Below, piece by piece: positions 26,249-38,024 of a stretch of DNA of 64,000 nt; within the stretch, counting starts at the first letter, position 1; every line of letters begins with the position of its first letter. The notes beneath the pieces are model-generated. The model did not search any database, was not told the DNA's origin, and was given only the letters and a program-made list of their open reading frames with translations. Origin of the DNA: Eledone cirrhosa (lineage: Eukaryota). The stretch is from positions 383,408,001 to 383,472,000 of the forward strand of contig OZ024740.1 in assembly GCA_964016885.1 (NCBI GenBank), written 5' to 3'. Position numbers and translations under genes: made by a program.

Positions 26249-29200
26249 ATGACCTCACTCAGAATAGGCAGCATAAATGCGCGTGGCTTGGGGTCGTCAT
26301 GGAAGCAGGGTCACCTGCTCAACGACCTCAGGTCACTAAACATAGATGTAGTGGCCATCAGCGAGACCAGATTCTCCGAAGCACGGGCCTTCGCACCGAT
26401 CTTCGGCGGCTACGATGTGTACGCATCTCCCAGCCGTCCTGGATCGGGTGGAGGAGTTGCTGTGCTTTTTCGGAGAGGTTTGGATCTCGCCATACGGGCC
26501 ATATTCCTGGACCCAGAGGGTAAGCTGGTGGTGCTGGACGTGATCAGCGGAGACGGGCAAGCTTTCAGGCTAGTGGCCGTCTATTCCCCGACAGGAGCAG
26601 GGCGGCCTGATTTCTTCCGGCGTCTGGAGACCTTTCTTGGAACGTCCCGCTCTTTAGTGTTAGTGGGCGACTGGAACAGGATCTTAGATGCACGCTGGGA
26701 CTGTGTGGGATTAGCGGATAGGGGTGGAGGGTGCAAGAGCCTCACCAACCTGCTCAGGCGTTTTGAACTGTCTGACAGGTACCGATTGGATTTCCCGAAT
26801 GTGCCAATGTGGACTTGGACAAACCGCATCGGGTCATCCAGATCATATCTAGATAGAGTATTTTGTAGGGAAATAGATAGGTCTAGCATAGGCTGTCCAC
26901 AATTCAAGATAGTCAGCTACACGGACCACAAATTCGTGACCTGTGTGCTTGACTTAGATAGGCTTCATAGACGAGGACCCGGCTACTGGAAGCTAAACGC
27001 GTCCTTACCAGCGCGCAAGGCCTACAGAGACCGGATTAGCGAACTAGTTAAGCGGGCGTTGACGGGGGCCATCGTCAACAACAAGTGGTGGTTTGCTCCG
27101 AAAAGAGCGATTAGAATAGAATCGATTAGGTTTAGTAAGGCTTTAGCAATAGAGAAAAATAGAGCAGAGGGAGAACTAGTTAGAAAATTAGACGAGGCGC
27201 TTAGCAAAGGCATTGCGACCGACGTGCTTGCGGCAAAATTGGCCCTTGACCAATTCTTCAATGCAAAGCACGAAGGCTGCGTTGTCAGAGCTAGGGTGCG
27301 TGCTCTCAGACACGAGGGGACGAAAGCCGTTCAATGGGCCCGAGTGGCGGAGGCGCGTCGTGGCAACAAAGCCACGATCCGGTCTTTGGTGGACCACGAC
27401 GGGCGCATGCTACTCGATCCCGGGCAAATGTGTGAAGCTTTTCAGCGACACTTCGCTCAGCTGTTCGGGGGCAGCGGTGGGCCGGGTAGAGGGATGGACT
27501 TTAGTGTCTACCTCGACGGACTGCCGCGGCTCTCGGCCACTGAGGCGAAGTGTTGCGAAAAGCCGATAACAGCCGCTGAAGTAAGGGAGGCAATGACTGG
27601 CTGCACAAGGGGTAAATCGCCTGGTTTGGATGGTCTGCCCTATGAACTTTACGTACAGATGCCAGACTTGTTCGGAGGCCTCTTGGCGGACGTCTACTGC
27701 AACTGGCAACAGAACGGGAGAATTCCCAGTTCTGTGAGCCGAGGAGCGGTGGAACTGCTGAGAAAGGATCCGAACAAGGGGGATAACATAGACAATTTCC
27801 GGCCCATAACTCTGCTAAACACAGAGTTCAAGATTTTGGCCAAGGTGCTAGCAAAGAGGTTGGCGCTTGTCGTTGGTGGTCTGGTGGGAGAGGCGCAGAC
27901 ATGCGCCATTCCCGACAGATCCATCCACGACAACCTCCACCTCATGCGATACATCGTAGAGAGGGTAGCTAAGGAACCTGGCACGGGTGGGTCCTTGATC
28001 AATTTAGATCAGTCGAAAGCTTTCGATAGGGTCGACCATCGTTACCTAGCGGCCGACCTGAGCGCGGCTGGCTTTGGGCCCGTCTTCAGAGGCTGGATCG
28101 CTGCCATGCACAGCGACATCTGCTCTGTGGTGAGAGTGAACGGTCACCTGTCAGAACCGTTCAACATCATGCGCTCGGTCCGCCAAGGATGTCCCCTCTC
28201 GTCCCTCTTGTACGTATTGACTCTCGAGCCATTACTGCACAAACTGGAGACGTTGAGGGGAGTCCCGCGCGAACTAGGATGCGGAAGATCCGTGTCAGCA
28301 TATGCGGACGATGTCATCGTAGTGGTGTCGAACGCCAAACACATCGAGGCGATCGGCACTACACTAAGAGAATACGAAGCGGTGACAGGAGCAATGATCA
28401 ACCAGGAAAAGTCAGTGGGCCTGCAGCTCGGCACCTGGAGAGGCAGGTCCATGCCGTCCAACAGCGTCGTCGGGCGCTGGACGGACGGACCGGTTAAATT
28501 GCTAGGGGTCTGGTTCAGTCCGGACCTCCAGACGGACAAAAACTGGGACGAGGTGACGAGCAGGGTGGCTTCTCTCACCCAGAAATGGGCGGAGAGGAAG
28601 CTATCCCTGAAAGGTCGAGCGGAGGTGGCTAACGCGTACATCGCGTCTGTCATCTGCTACCGCCTGACCGTCGTACCTTGTCCTAAGCCTCGCCTGACTG
28701 CGCTGGAGCGTTTGCTCTTTCGCTTTGTGTGGAAGGGACGTGCTCCGATGGTCAGGCGGTCCATCTGTTGTCAACACCCGCTACGTGGAGGGCTGGGCAT
28801 GCCGTGGCTGATGATGCGCAGGCACGCGCTCAGGCTACGACATCTCCACCTCTTCCTCGACGGTGATCAGGTGTGGTCGCCGTTTGCTAGGCGCGTATTT
28901 CCCCAGCTCGTTTCCTTGACGGAGCTGCAGTCCTGGGTCAAGCGAAGACCGAGAGGGAGCGCCTGGAGACTGGAATGTCTTCAGGCGCTCACAGCCCTCG
29001 ACCAATCGGGCAATGTGATCGGTGGAAACTCCACCTCGGCGTTCTATAAAGGATTAGTGGAGGCGAAGAGCGACGACGTACTTGGGGAAACTCTAGGCGT
29101 CGACGAAAATCAACTAGCCAATCTCTTCGGAAGAACTTTCGGGCCGGGGCCTATGGACAACTTCCAGAAATCTCTGGCCTGGCAGTGCTACCGAGGAGCC

Positions 29201-29611
29201 TTGCCAGTTCGGGATAAACTCTACAGGCATGGATGTGCCGTCAGCCGGGCATGTCCGAGATGCGCGCAGGGCGACGAAACCGTCCTGCACGCACTCGTCC
29301 AGTGTCCGAAAATTGCTGACTTGTGGGTTTATGTCGAACACCTGCTGTCGCGTTTAGGACGGATCCGGCTATCATCTGAGTCCATCGTGAGGATTTCCCC
29401 GCCCTCCTCCTTTAGCCGGGAAGGGCAGGCAGTTTTTATCTGTCTGGTGGCCATGGCGAAAGAGATAGTATGGTGGACACGTTTGAAAGGGCTGAAGACG
29501 AGCACTTACCTCTTCGGTGATGCTCTGATTGACTTTTTCAAATTTCATTTGAAAAGGAAAATCAGAGTAGAGAGGGAAGTGCTCTCTTCCCAGCATTTTG
29601 TTGAAAGATAG
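26249..29611 (+). CDS. Tx1 copy B ORF2, 1120 aa APE-RT-Zn finger; near intact, with a premature TAG about 18 codons from the C-terminus
   Basis: APE and RT motifs present (GDWN, TDH, QSKAFDRVDH, RQGCPLS, YADD, CPRC..H...C); the TAG at 29609 is TGG in copies A and D. Confidence 0.92.
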   Translation: MTSLRIGSINARGLGSSWKQGHLLNDLRSLNIDVVAISETRFSEARAFAPIFGGYDVYASPSRPGSGGGVAVLFRRGLDLAIRAIFLDPEGKLVVLDVISGDGQAFRLVAVYSPTGAGRPDFFRRLETFLGTSRSLVLVGDWNRILDARWDCVGLADRGGGCKSLTNLLRRFELSDRYRLDFPNVPMWTWTNRIGSSRSYLDRVFCREIDRSSIGCPQFKIVSYTDHKFVTCVLDLDRLHRRGPGYWKLNASLPARKAYRDRISELVKRALTGAIVNNKWWFAPKRAIRIESIRFSKALAIEKNRAEGELVRKLDEALSKGIATDVLAAKLALDQFFNAKHEGCVVRARVRALRHEGTKAVQWARVAEARRGNKATIRSLVDHDGRMLLDPGQMCEAFQRHFAQLFGGSGGPGRGMDFSVYLDGLPRLSATEAKCCEKPITAAEVREAMTGCTRGKSPGLDGLPYELYVQMPDLFGGLLADVYCNWQQNGRIPSSVSRGAVELLRKDPNKGDNIDNFRPITLLNTEFKILAKVLAKRLALVVGGLVGEAQTCAIPDRSIHDNLHLMRYIVERVAKEPGTGGSLINLDQSKAFDRVDHRYLAADLSAAGFGPVFRGWIAAMHSDICSVVRVNGHLSEPFNIMRSVRQGCPLSSLLYVLTLEPLLHKLETLRGVPRELGCGRSVSAYADDVIVVVSNAKHIEAIGTTLREYEAVTGAMINQEKSVGLQLGTWRGRSMPSNSVVGRWTDGPVKLLGVWFSPDLQTDKNWDEVTSRVASLTQKWAERKLSLKGRAEVANAYIASVICYRLTVVPCPKPRLTALERLLFRFVWKGRAPMVRRSICCQHPLRGGLGMPWLMMRRHALRLRHLHLFLDGDQVWSPFARRVFPQLVSLTELQSWVKRRPRGSAWRLECLQALTALDQSGNVIGGNSTSAFYKGLVEAKSDDVLGETLGVDENQLANLFGRTFGPGPMDNFQKSLAWQCYRGALPVRDKLYRHGCAVSRACPRCAQGDETVLHALVQCPKIADLWVYVEHLLSRLGRIRLSSESIVRISPPSSFSREGQAVFICLVAMAKEIVWWTRLKGLKTSTYLFGDALIDFFKFHLKRKIRVEREVLSSQHFVER

Positions 29612-29916
29612 GTGAGAGAAGCAAGAATGGCCCGAGTGAATGGGCCTACTCTGAGTATATATCTGTAACTTAAAGGTGGAAAACTGGGAGAGGGCACTTG
29701 CCTTGGTGGTCAGGGTCATTTTGGCTTTTTACTGGGCTTTCTCCACAAATGTCCCTCCGAAGTCTCCCCCCTATTGGGGAATTTTTCATTGTTATTTTTT
29801 GTTACATCCTCTGTTTTTGTTTTTTACACGCAGAAATGCCCATTTGTACCGTCCTACATTGTCCTGCACTGTCCTTAATGTCTACTTTATGTAAACCCTT
29901 GTGGTTAATAAAGAAA

Positions 29917-29978
<62 letters not shown>

Positions 29979-32900
29979 GGCGACCTACGTAGTAAATCGT
30001 ATCATCGTGAGCTCCGCAAAGGTTTGTTATTTCCGGTTGTTAAAAATTGTCACTTATGGAAAATTTTATTGTTAACTGTTTATAAGCGCACATACATTGT
30101 TTTCCGAAAAGGACACCCAAAAAGATTGGGGCCTTGTGCCGAAAATTTAAACTTTTATTATTATCAAAAAATTTCTTTGAAAAGAAATGGCTAATTCACC
30201 TCTGCACCAAACAGCTGAAAGCCTTCCTCACAAATTAACTCCTCACATCGACACCACCATTGTAAATGTTACTACGTTTGCCAACACAAAAAAAATATAA
30301 GCAGTAGCAATATTTTTAAATTGTCTCAGGCAGACATTCATTTCCCGCCATTACCAATGACTGCAGGTGTTAAAGCCTCCACCACCACCACCGCGACAAC
30401 CACCACCCCCACCACCACCGCGACAACAGAAACAAAAGAAGAAAAAAATAAATTAAGTCGTGATGTCGAAATGAAATCAAGCAAAATGGACTCTTCCGCA
30501 CCAAAGACGAATGACGTCACCACCACCACAACTGAAACAAAAATTAAGATTAACACAAATAACGATAGCAACAACAACAACAATGACATTATAAAACCGA
30601 CCCTCAGTTTCGCCATCGTAGCAAAACAATTCGAAGCGTTCACGGTAACTCAAGAAGATTTAGAAAATGCCAAACAAATGGTAAAGAAAGATGGGTACAG
30701 GGTCAGCCTCACTCCCCCCCCCACACACACACCTAATAAAATGGAGCATCGGCGCCTGTGAACCGTGTCGTATAGAACAATAAATGTAAAATCGCACCGA
30801 GTTGAACGGGCATCCGAGTCCCAAATCCCAAAAGCTTTGGGACATGTGTGGGCAAGAAAAACCCACATCAGACGTGGGCAAAAGTATGGAACCGTGGATG
30901 TGTTCTTTGAAACACCAGAGGAGGCTAGAGAACACTCCATGGCCCCATTAAAAAGTGACGACCTCACACTCGTCCCAAGCTATTGTGGCCAGAGACTCGT
31001 AAAGATCAGGGTGACCCACGTTCCACCGGCCATCGAAATTCCCTGGCTAATAGCGGCTGTCCTCGCCGGCATCGAAGCCAACACGAAAATAATAGCAGTA
31101 GCAAAAGAAAAGCAGGAAAACTGGTCCGGATCTGGGATGGAGCTCCTGATCCAAGCGGACCAAAAAAGCTTTGAGGAGATCCCAGAGGTAATAGACCTCA
31201 CTGACGGCAGCCACCTCACGGTAATTGTCGAGGGCAGAAGACCTAGGTGTGTCGTTTGTGGTGAAGGAACCCACCTAAGGGCTTTCTGCCCTAAGGCTAA
31301 AAGGTTGAGGCCACCTCTCCTACCCACCCCAGTGACACAACCTTCAACACCACCAGTAGCAGAGATGGCAGCAACAACTGTAGCAGCAACAACAGAAGCA
31401 ACTATAACAGCAACAACCCCAGCAACAGTAGCAAAACCAACACCACTACCACCACCATCAAAACCAACACCACCACCACCCAACGCTTCAGAACTAGCAC
31501 CAGCGCCTACACCATCCACCACACCACAACCAAAACTAACGGCTGTGGAGGATTTTCCACTCCCCGGCCTATCACAACTGGAGACAGATTGTGACGACGA
31601 GGAGTGGGGAAACGATATCCGGAAAAAAAAAAGAAACCAAAAAAGAAAAAATTCTCTTCCTTCCCCCTCCAAAAACAAAATACAGAGGGAAACAAATAGA
31701 CTAAGAAACAAAAAAGTTAGGACAGATATGCCACCATCCACACCAGCATCACCAACCCCATCAACCCAAATACCAACACCATCACCATCATTAACTCCAA
31801 CACCACCATCACCTACACCACAAAAGTCACCAAAATGCGAAACAGAAACAAACCCACAACAAACGCAAACAAAACAAAACAACCAAAACGATACACACTA
31901 CACAGCATTAAATTTGAACAACAAGCAATTATTACACTACATCCAACACAACACCAGCATCACAGAAAAAGACTACACAACAACCCTAAAATTCACACCA
32001 CCTCCACACATACAAATCACTCGCATCATACAGAAAACCTACATGACACTAAAACAAAAATTCCCCAAAGAGATCGGAGACTTCCGACAAGCACTCTCCA
32101 GGAGGATTTATAAGGATATCCTTCCTGAGGAGGCCACAAGCAGTGAAAAGGATGGAAAAGCCGTCCTTCCCCTACGAGAAGTAAGGTAAGTGGTCTTTCC
32201 CATCTTTTCCACTCCTTTTCAACATGACCTCACTCAGAATAGGCAGCATAAATGCGCGTGGCTTGGGGTCGTCATGGAAGCAGGGCCACCTGCTCAACGA
32301 CCTCAGGTCACTAAACATAGATGTAGTGGCTATCAGCGAGACCAGAATCTCCGAAGCACAGGCTTTCGCACCGATCTTCGGCGGCTACGATGTGTACGCA
32401 TCTCCCAGCCGTCCGGGATCGGGGGGAGGAGTTGCTGTGATTTTTCGGAGAGGTTTGGATCTTGCCATACGGGCCATCTTCCTGGACCCAGAAGGTAAGT
32501 TGGTGGTGCTGGACGTGACCAGCGGAGACGGGCAAGCTTTCAGGTTAGTGGCCGTCTATGTCCCGACAGGAGCAGGGCGGCCTGATTTCTTCCGGCGTCT
32601 TGAGACCTTTCTTGGAACCCTCCGCTCTTTAGTGTTAGTGGGCGACTGGAACGGGATCTTAGATGCACGCTGGGATTGTGTGGGATTAGTGGATAGGGAA
32701 GGAGGGTGCAAGAGTCTCACCAACCTGCTCAGACGTTTTGAACTGTCTGACAGGTACCGAATAGATTTCCCGAATGTACCAATGTGGACTTGGACAAACC
32801 GCATAGGGTCATCCAGATCATATCTAGATAGAGTATTTTGTAGGGAAATAGATAGGTCTAGCATAGGCTGTCCACAATTCAAGATAGTCAGCTACACGGA

Positions 32901-34198
32901 CCACAAATTCGTGACCTGTGTGCTTGACTTAGATAGGCTTCATAGACGAGGACCCGGCTACTGGAAGCTAAACGCGTCCTTACCAGCGCGCAAGGCCTAC
33001 AGAGACCGGATTAGCGAACTAGTTAAGCGGGCGTTGACGGGGGCCATCGTCAACAACAAGTGGTGGTTTGCTCTGAAAAGAGCAATTAGAATAGAGTCCA
33101 TTAGGTTTAGTAAGACTTTAGCAATAGAGAAAAATAGAGCAGAGGGAGAATTATTTAGAAAATTAGATGAGGCGCTTAGCAGAGGCATCGCGACAGACGT
33201 ACTTGCGGCGAAATTGGCCCTTGACCAATTCTTCAATGCAAAGCACGAAGGCTGCATTGTCAGAGCTAGGGTGCGTGCTCTCAGACACGAGGGGACGAAA
33301 GCCGTTCAATGGGCCCGAGTGGCGGAGGCGCGTCGTGGCAACAAAGCCACGATCCGGTCTTTGGTGGACCACGACGGGCGCATGCTACTCGATCCCGGGC
33401 AAATGTGTGAAGCTTTTCAGCGACACTTCGCTCAACTGTTCGGGGGCAGTGGCGGGCCGGATCGAGGGATGGACTTTAGTGTCTACCTCGACGGACTGAC
33501 GCGGCTTTCGGCCACTGAGGCGGAGTGTTGCGAAAGGCCGATAACAACCGCTGAAGTACGGGATGCAATGACTAGTTGCACAAGGGGTAAATCGCCTGGT
33601 TTGAATGGTCTGCCCTATGAACTTTACGTACAAATGCCAAACTTGTTCGGAGGCCTCTTGGCGGACGTCTACTGCAACTGGCAACAGAACGGGAGAATTA
33701 CCAGCTCTGTGAGCCGAGGAGCGGTGGCGCTGCTGAGAAAGGATCCGAACAAGGGGGATAACATAGATAATTTTAGGCCCATAACTCTGCTAAACACAGA
33801 GTTCAAGATTTTGGCCAAGGTGCTAGCAAAGAGGTTGGCGCTTGTCGTTGGTGGTCTGGTGGGAGAGGCACAGACATGCGCCATTCCCGACAGATCCATC
33901 CACGACAACCTCCACCTCATGCGATACATCGTAGAGAGGGTAGCTAGGGAACCTGGCACGGGTGGGTCTTTGATCAATTTAGATCAGTCGAAAGCCTTCG
34001 ATAGGGTCGACCATCGTTACCTAACGGCAGTCCTGAGGGCGGCTGGCTTTGGGCCCGTCTTCAGAGGCTGGATCGCTGCCATGCACAGCGACATCTGCTC
34101 TGTAGTGAGAGTGAACGGTCACTTTTCGGAACCGTTCAACATCATGCGCTCGGTCCGCCAAGGATGTCCCCTCTCGTCCCTATTGTACGTATTGACTC
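29979..34198 (+). mobile_element. Tx1 copy C, 3'-deleted
   Basis: 5' end abuts (ATT)n; ORF1 ~30187-32189 with stops (knuckle CVVCGEGTHLRAFC); ORF2 32224-34198 nearly identical to copy B, ending just after RQGCPLSSLLYVLT. Confidence 0.92.
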
Positions 34199-36637
34199 AG
34201 ATATTCAGGACGTATCGGAGGGTTCTTGCTGCTCCCAGCAAGCATGCCTTTTGAAGCGTTCCAAAAAGCGTGAAGGGGCCAATTTTCTTTAACCATCTCT
34301 GGAAACTGTTTGAGACAGTACCTAGTGCGCTTATGACAATCGGGACCACTTTGACTTCATGGCAGTTCCAAATCCTTTTTACCTCCCACTTTAAGTCCTG
34401 GTATCGGTTAATTTTCTCCCTCTCCTTCTCTTGCACTCTCGTGCCGAATGGGCAGGTCACATCCACAATCAGGGACGATCTTTTTTCTTTGTCCAAAACC
34501 ACCATGTCAGGTCTATTGTGTTCCAGTTTCTTGTCCGTCTGTATCCTAAAATCCCACAGCACCTTCACCTGATCGTTTTCTATCACCGACTCTGGCTTAT
34601 GCTCATACTACTTCTCAGAATGTGGTAAATTGTTCACTTTGCATAGGTGCCAGTAGATCACCCTGCCCATCACATCATGTCTCCAGCCCTTATAGTGAGT
34701 CTGGGCTAGTTGTCTACACTCGGATACAATGTGAGCCATAGTCTCCTCTCTCTCTCTCCACAGATCCTGCACAGTAGGCTAGCCTCCTCCTTGTAAATAT
34801 GCTGTTTCAACCACTTCGTTTTGAGGGCCTGCTCCTGCGCAGCCATTAACATTCCTTCTGTAGCCTTTTTAAGGTCTCCTCTTCTCAACCAGTTCCATGT
34901 CTGTTGATCTCTAAATTCAGTTTTCTCAAAGAAGGTACTATGAAAGGATTTTTCCTGAAGGCTGCTCCTTCTCCTTGATGTTATTTCCTCCTTGGACATC
35001 CCCTGGCCTATTGTCCCCTCCTTCAGTACAGTCCTGAGCATTGGCTCCTTACTATCAGTCACGTATTTGTGTAGGTTGTTTTTCTCCATCTGAACACAGT
35101 CCACTATGCAGATAAGACCTCTTCCACCCTCAGATCTCCTTAGGTAGAGTCTATCGACATCACTCATCTTGTGGAACATGTTGTAGATAGTCAATAGCTT
35201 CCTAGTCTTCCTATCCATTTCTTTTTGTTCAGCAACATTCCATCTTAGAATTCACGCACTGTACCTAATAATAGACACAGCTCGGGAATTTACTGCGCTT
35301 ATGGCATTTCTGCTGTTCAGATGTGACTTCAATACGCTCCTTACTCTCCGAATGTATTCAGTTCTTAACAATTCCTTCATTTTTTTTGTTCTTTATGCCA
35401 TCAGCCTCCAGAACGCCCAAATACTTGTATCCTTCCTCAGAGTCAATTTCCTTTATCATCTCACTGTTGCTAACTGGATTCCGTTACTTCTGCTCAACCT
35501 ACCCTTCCTCATCACAATCACTCCACACTTACTAATACCAAACTGCATACATATATCACTGCTGAAAATACGGACAGTGTCAACAAGCACATCCAACACT
35601 TTCTCACTCTTCCCGAAGAGCTTAAGATCGTAAGATCGTCCATGAAGAGGAGGTGATTGATGGTAAGACTCCCTTTCCCAACCTGTATTCTGCTCTCACT
35701 TTTCGCAGTACACTGGTCAGGGGCATCAGGGCAAGGACAAACAACAGAGGGGACAGGCTATCTCCCTGGAAGATACCTCTCTTGATCTTCACGCTTCCCA
35801 AGGATTCTCCAATTGATGTCAACTCTGTTTCCCAGGATCTCATACTCTTGCCCAACAACTGTCTGATGTTATCTGCCACCTTGAAGATCTCCAGGCTTTT
35901 GGTGATCCAAGAATGAGGCACCATGTCAAATGCCTTTCTGTAGTCTATCCATCCCATGGCAAGATCAGTGTGTCTCCTCCTGCAATTCCCCATTACCATC
36001 TTATAAATAAGTAACTGGTCCTTTGTACCACGTGACTTCTTTCGGCATCCTTTCTGTTCGTCCAGTAACAAGTTGTTTGTGTGGAGGTGATGGTAGATTT
36101 CCTCAGATACAATGCTCGTCAACAGTTTCCACATTACGGACAGACATGTGATAGGTCTATAGTTGGTAACATCATTACCCTTGATTCGGTCTTTCATTAT
36201 CAGAACTGTGGTACCTTTTGTCAACCACTCTGGTACCTCACCTGACATCAAGCAGTCATTGAACATGGTTGTCAGTTTCGGGTGGAGGGATGTTATATTT
36301 TTAATCCAATACCCCTGCACACCACCTGGGCCTGTTGATTTCCAGTTGGTTAGTTTTTTGGCCTGCCCCTTAAGAGTTTCAACTATGATACTCAAATCAG
36401 TTTGTTCGTGTGCCTGCTCACCGATCTCCCTCTGTACTGTCTCAATCCACCCTGCATGGCCATTATGTCTAACATCCTGCTCCCATATTCCTCTCCAGAA
36501 TGTTTTAGTTTGTTCCGCCTCAGGGATCAAGTCGTTGCCTCTTTCTTTCCCCTCAAGCTGTCCAAACAGCATCTTCTGGTTGTTGTCGAACATGCGGTTC
36601 TGTTTATACTGACTGACTCTGTTCTTGTATCGCCTGA

Positions 36638-36640
<3 letters not shown>
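34197..36640 (-). mobile_element. Second R4/Dong-type copy (5'-truncated, 3'UTR deleted, frameshifted)
   Basis: YRPITCL, EQKG, WIDYRKAFDMVPH, GIFQGDSLSPLLF, MDDL and RLE motifs; closely similar to 16645-17987; (TAA)n at the 5' side (36641-36669). Confidence 0.9.
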
Positions 36641-36669
<29 letters not shown>

Positions 36670-36671
<2 letters not shown>

Positions 36672-37027
36672 AGGAAAATCAGGGTAGAGTGGGAAGTGCT
36701 CTCTTCCCAGCATTTTGTTGAAAGATGGGTGAGAGAAGCAAGTATGGCCCAAATGAATGGGCCTTCTCTGAGTATGTGTCTGTAAATTAAAGGTGGAAAA
36801 CTGGGAGAGGGCACTTGCCCTGGTGGTCAGGGCCACTGTGGTCTTTTAATGGGCTTTCTCCACAAATGTCCCTCGGAAGTCTCCCCCCTATTGGGGAATT
36901 TTTCATTGTTTTTTTATTTCATCCTGTTTTTTTTTACACGCAGAAATGCCCATTTGTACCGTCCTGTATTGTCCTGTACTGTCCTTAATGTCTACTTTAT
37001 GTAAACCCTTGTGGTTAATAAAGAAAA

Positions 37028-37028
<1 letters not shown>
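36670..37028 (+). mobile_element. 5'-truncated Tx1 3' fragment (copy D) between (ATT)n tracts
   Basis: Matches 29553-29918; AATAAA 37017-22; (ATT)n 37029-37077. Confidence 0.9.
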
Positions 37029-37079
<51 letters not shown>

Positions 37080-37945
37080 ACCATCAATTGTTCTTGTTTC
37101 GTTTCTTAAAATAATAATTGGGGTACATTTTGTGAAATCAATCATTGTGAGAAAATGCGAAAACATAATCCTAGTACTGCTATTTGCTGGAACGTAATAA
37201 TATAGTAATGTTTTTATAGAAAATGTTGAGCATCATTGCCGTAGTGACGATTAGAATTTGGACGATAAACGCATTCTTTAACATCTATAATGTTTTTATT
37301 TCAACAGCTCGGTCAGAGCAATTCCTTATCTTTATCTTTTTGGCGCCTACATAACATTAGAGACATATGGTATTTATATATCGATGTTCCGTACTGTTTT
37401 GCAATTTTTGTTATCAAGTAAAGTGTTAGGCTTATTTCATCATGTGCTATCTAGTGGTATGTATACTTGCGAAAATTCTATTATTTTATTTACATGTTTT
37501 TATATTTTAGAGCTTTTTTAATTTGTTTAATCAGTTGAAAATGATTAGGTAGGCACAGGCAGTATATGTATAAAGTATATTTAGACATATAACACATCGA
37601 ATTATATATGTGCAATAGAAAATCTAATGAACGTCTATATGCTACGTGCTTTTCGTAATCGTTGCAATATGTCTGATGGCAACTGTGTGTTCCTGTATCA
37701 GGAGGAATACATTTTGCTTCATTCAAGTCAAAGTTTTTCATTGAAGACATATAATTTTATGTGTTTTGCATCATTATTATGTTGAATTTTACCTATGGTT
37801 TCCTGAGTAAGGAACCAGCTACTCACCTGGGGAAACTCCCGAGTAATAATCTGTTGAATCAGGATCAAACTAAATGGTAAAATACGACACATGATATTCT
37901 GCACATTCTCATTCGTCGGTTAAGATGGTACATTATTATTATCAT

Positions 37946-38024
37946 TCTTACGGGGTCGATAAAATAAAGTACCAGTAATGCACTAGATAATTGCTGGCCT
38001 TGTGCCAAAAGTAGAAACAATTAT
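37946..38024 (+). mobile_element. 5'-truncated SINE
   Basis: Core and tail match the other copies; inserted in an ATT-rich site. Confidence 0.85.

Larger units (their letters stand above)
23900..29918 (+). mobile_element. Full-length Tx1/L1-clade copy B
   Basis: Flanked by (ATT)n on both sides; ORF1 plus a near-intact ORF2; AATAAA 29907-12. Confidence 0.93.

Noticed and set aside
18281-33977. Long antisense or alternate-frame ORFs within the Tx1 elements (e.g. 30980-31882, 25256-25897)
   Set aside because: By-products of CA-rich, low-complexity sense coding; no motifs
35622-36836. 404-aa ORF with a novel N-terminus
   Set aside because: Chance read-through from antisense Tx1 D via (TAA)n poly-Ile into the truncated Dong RT
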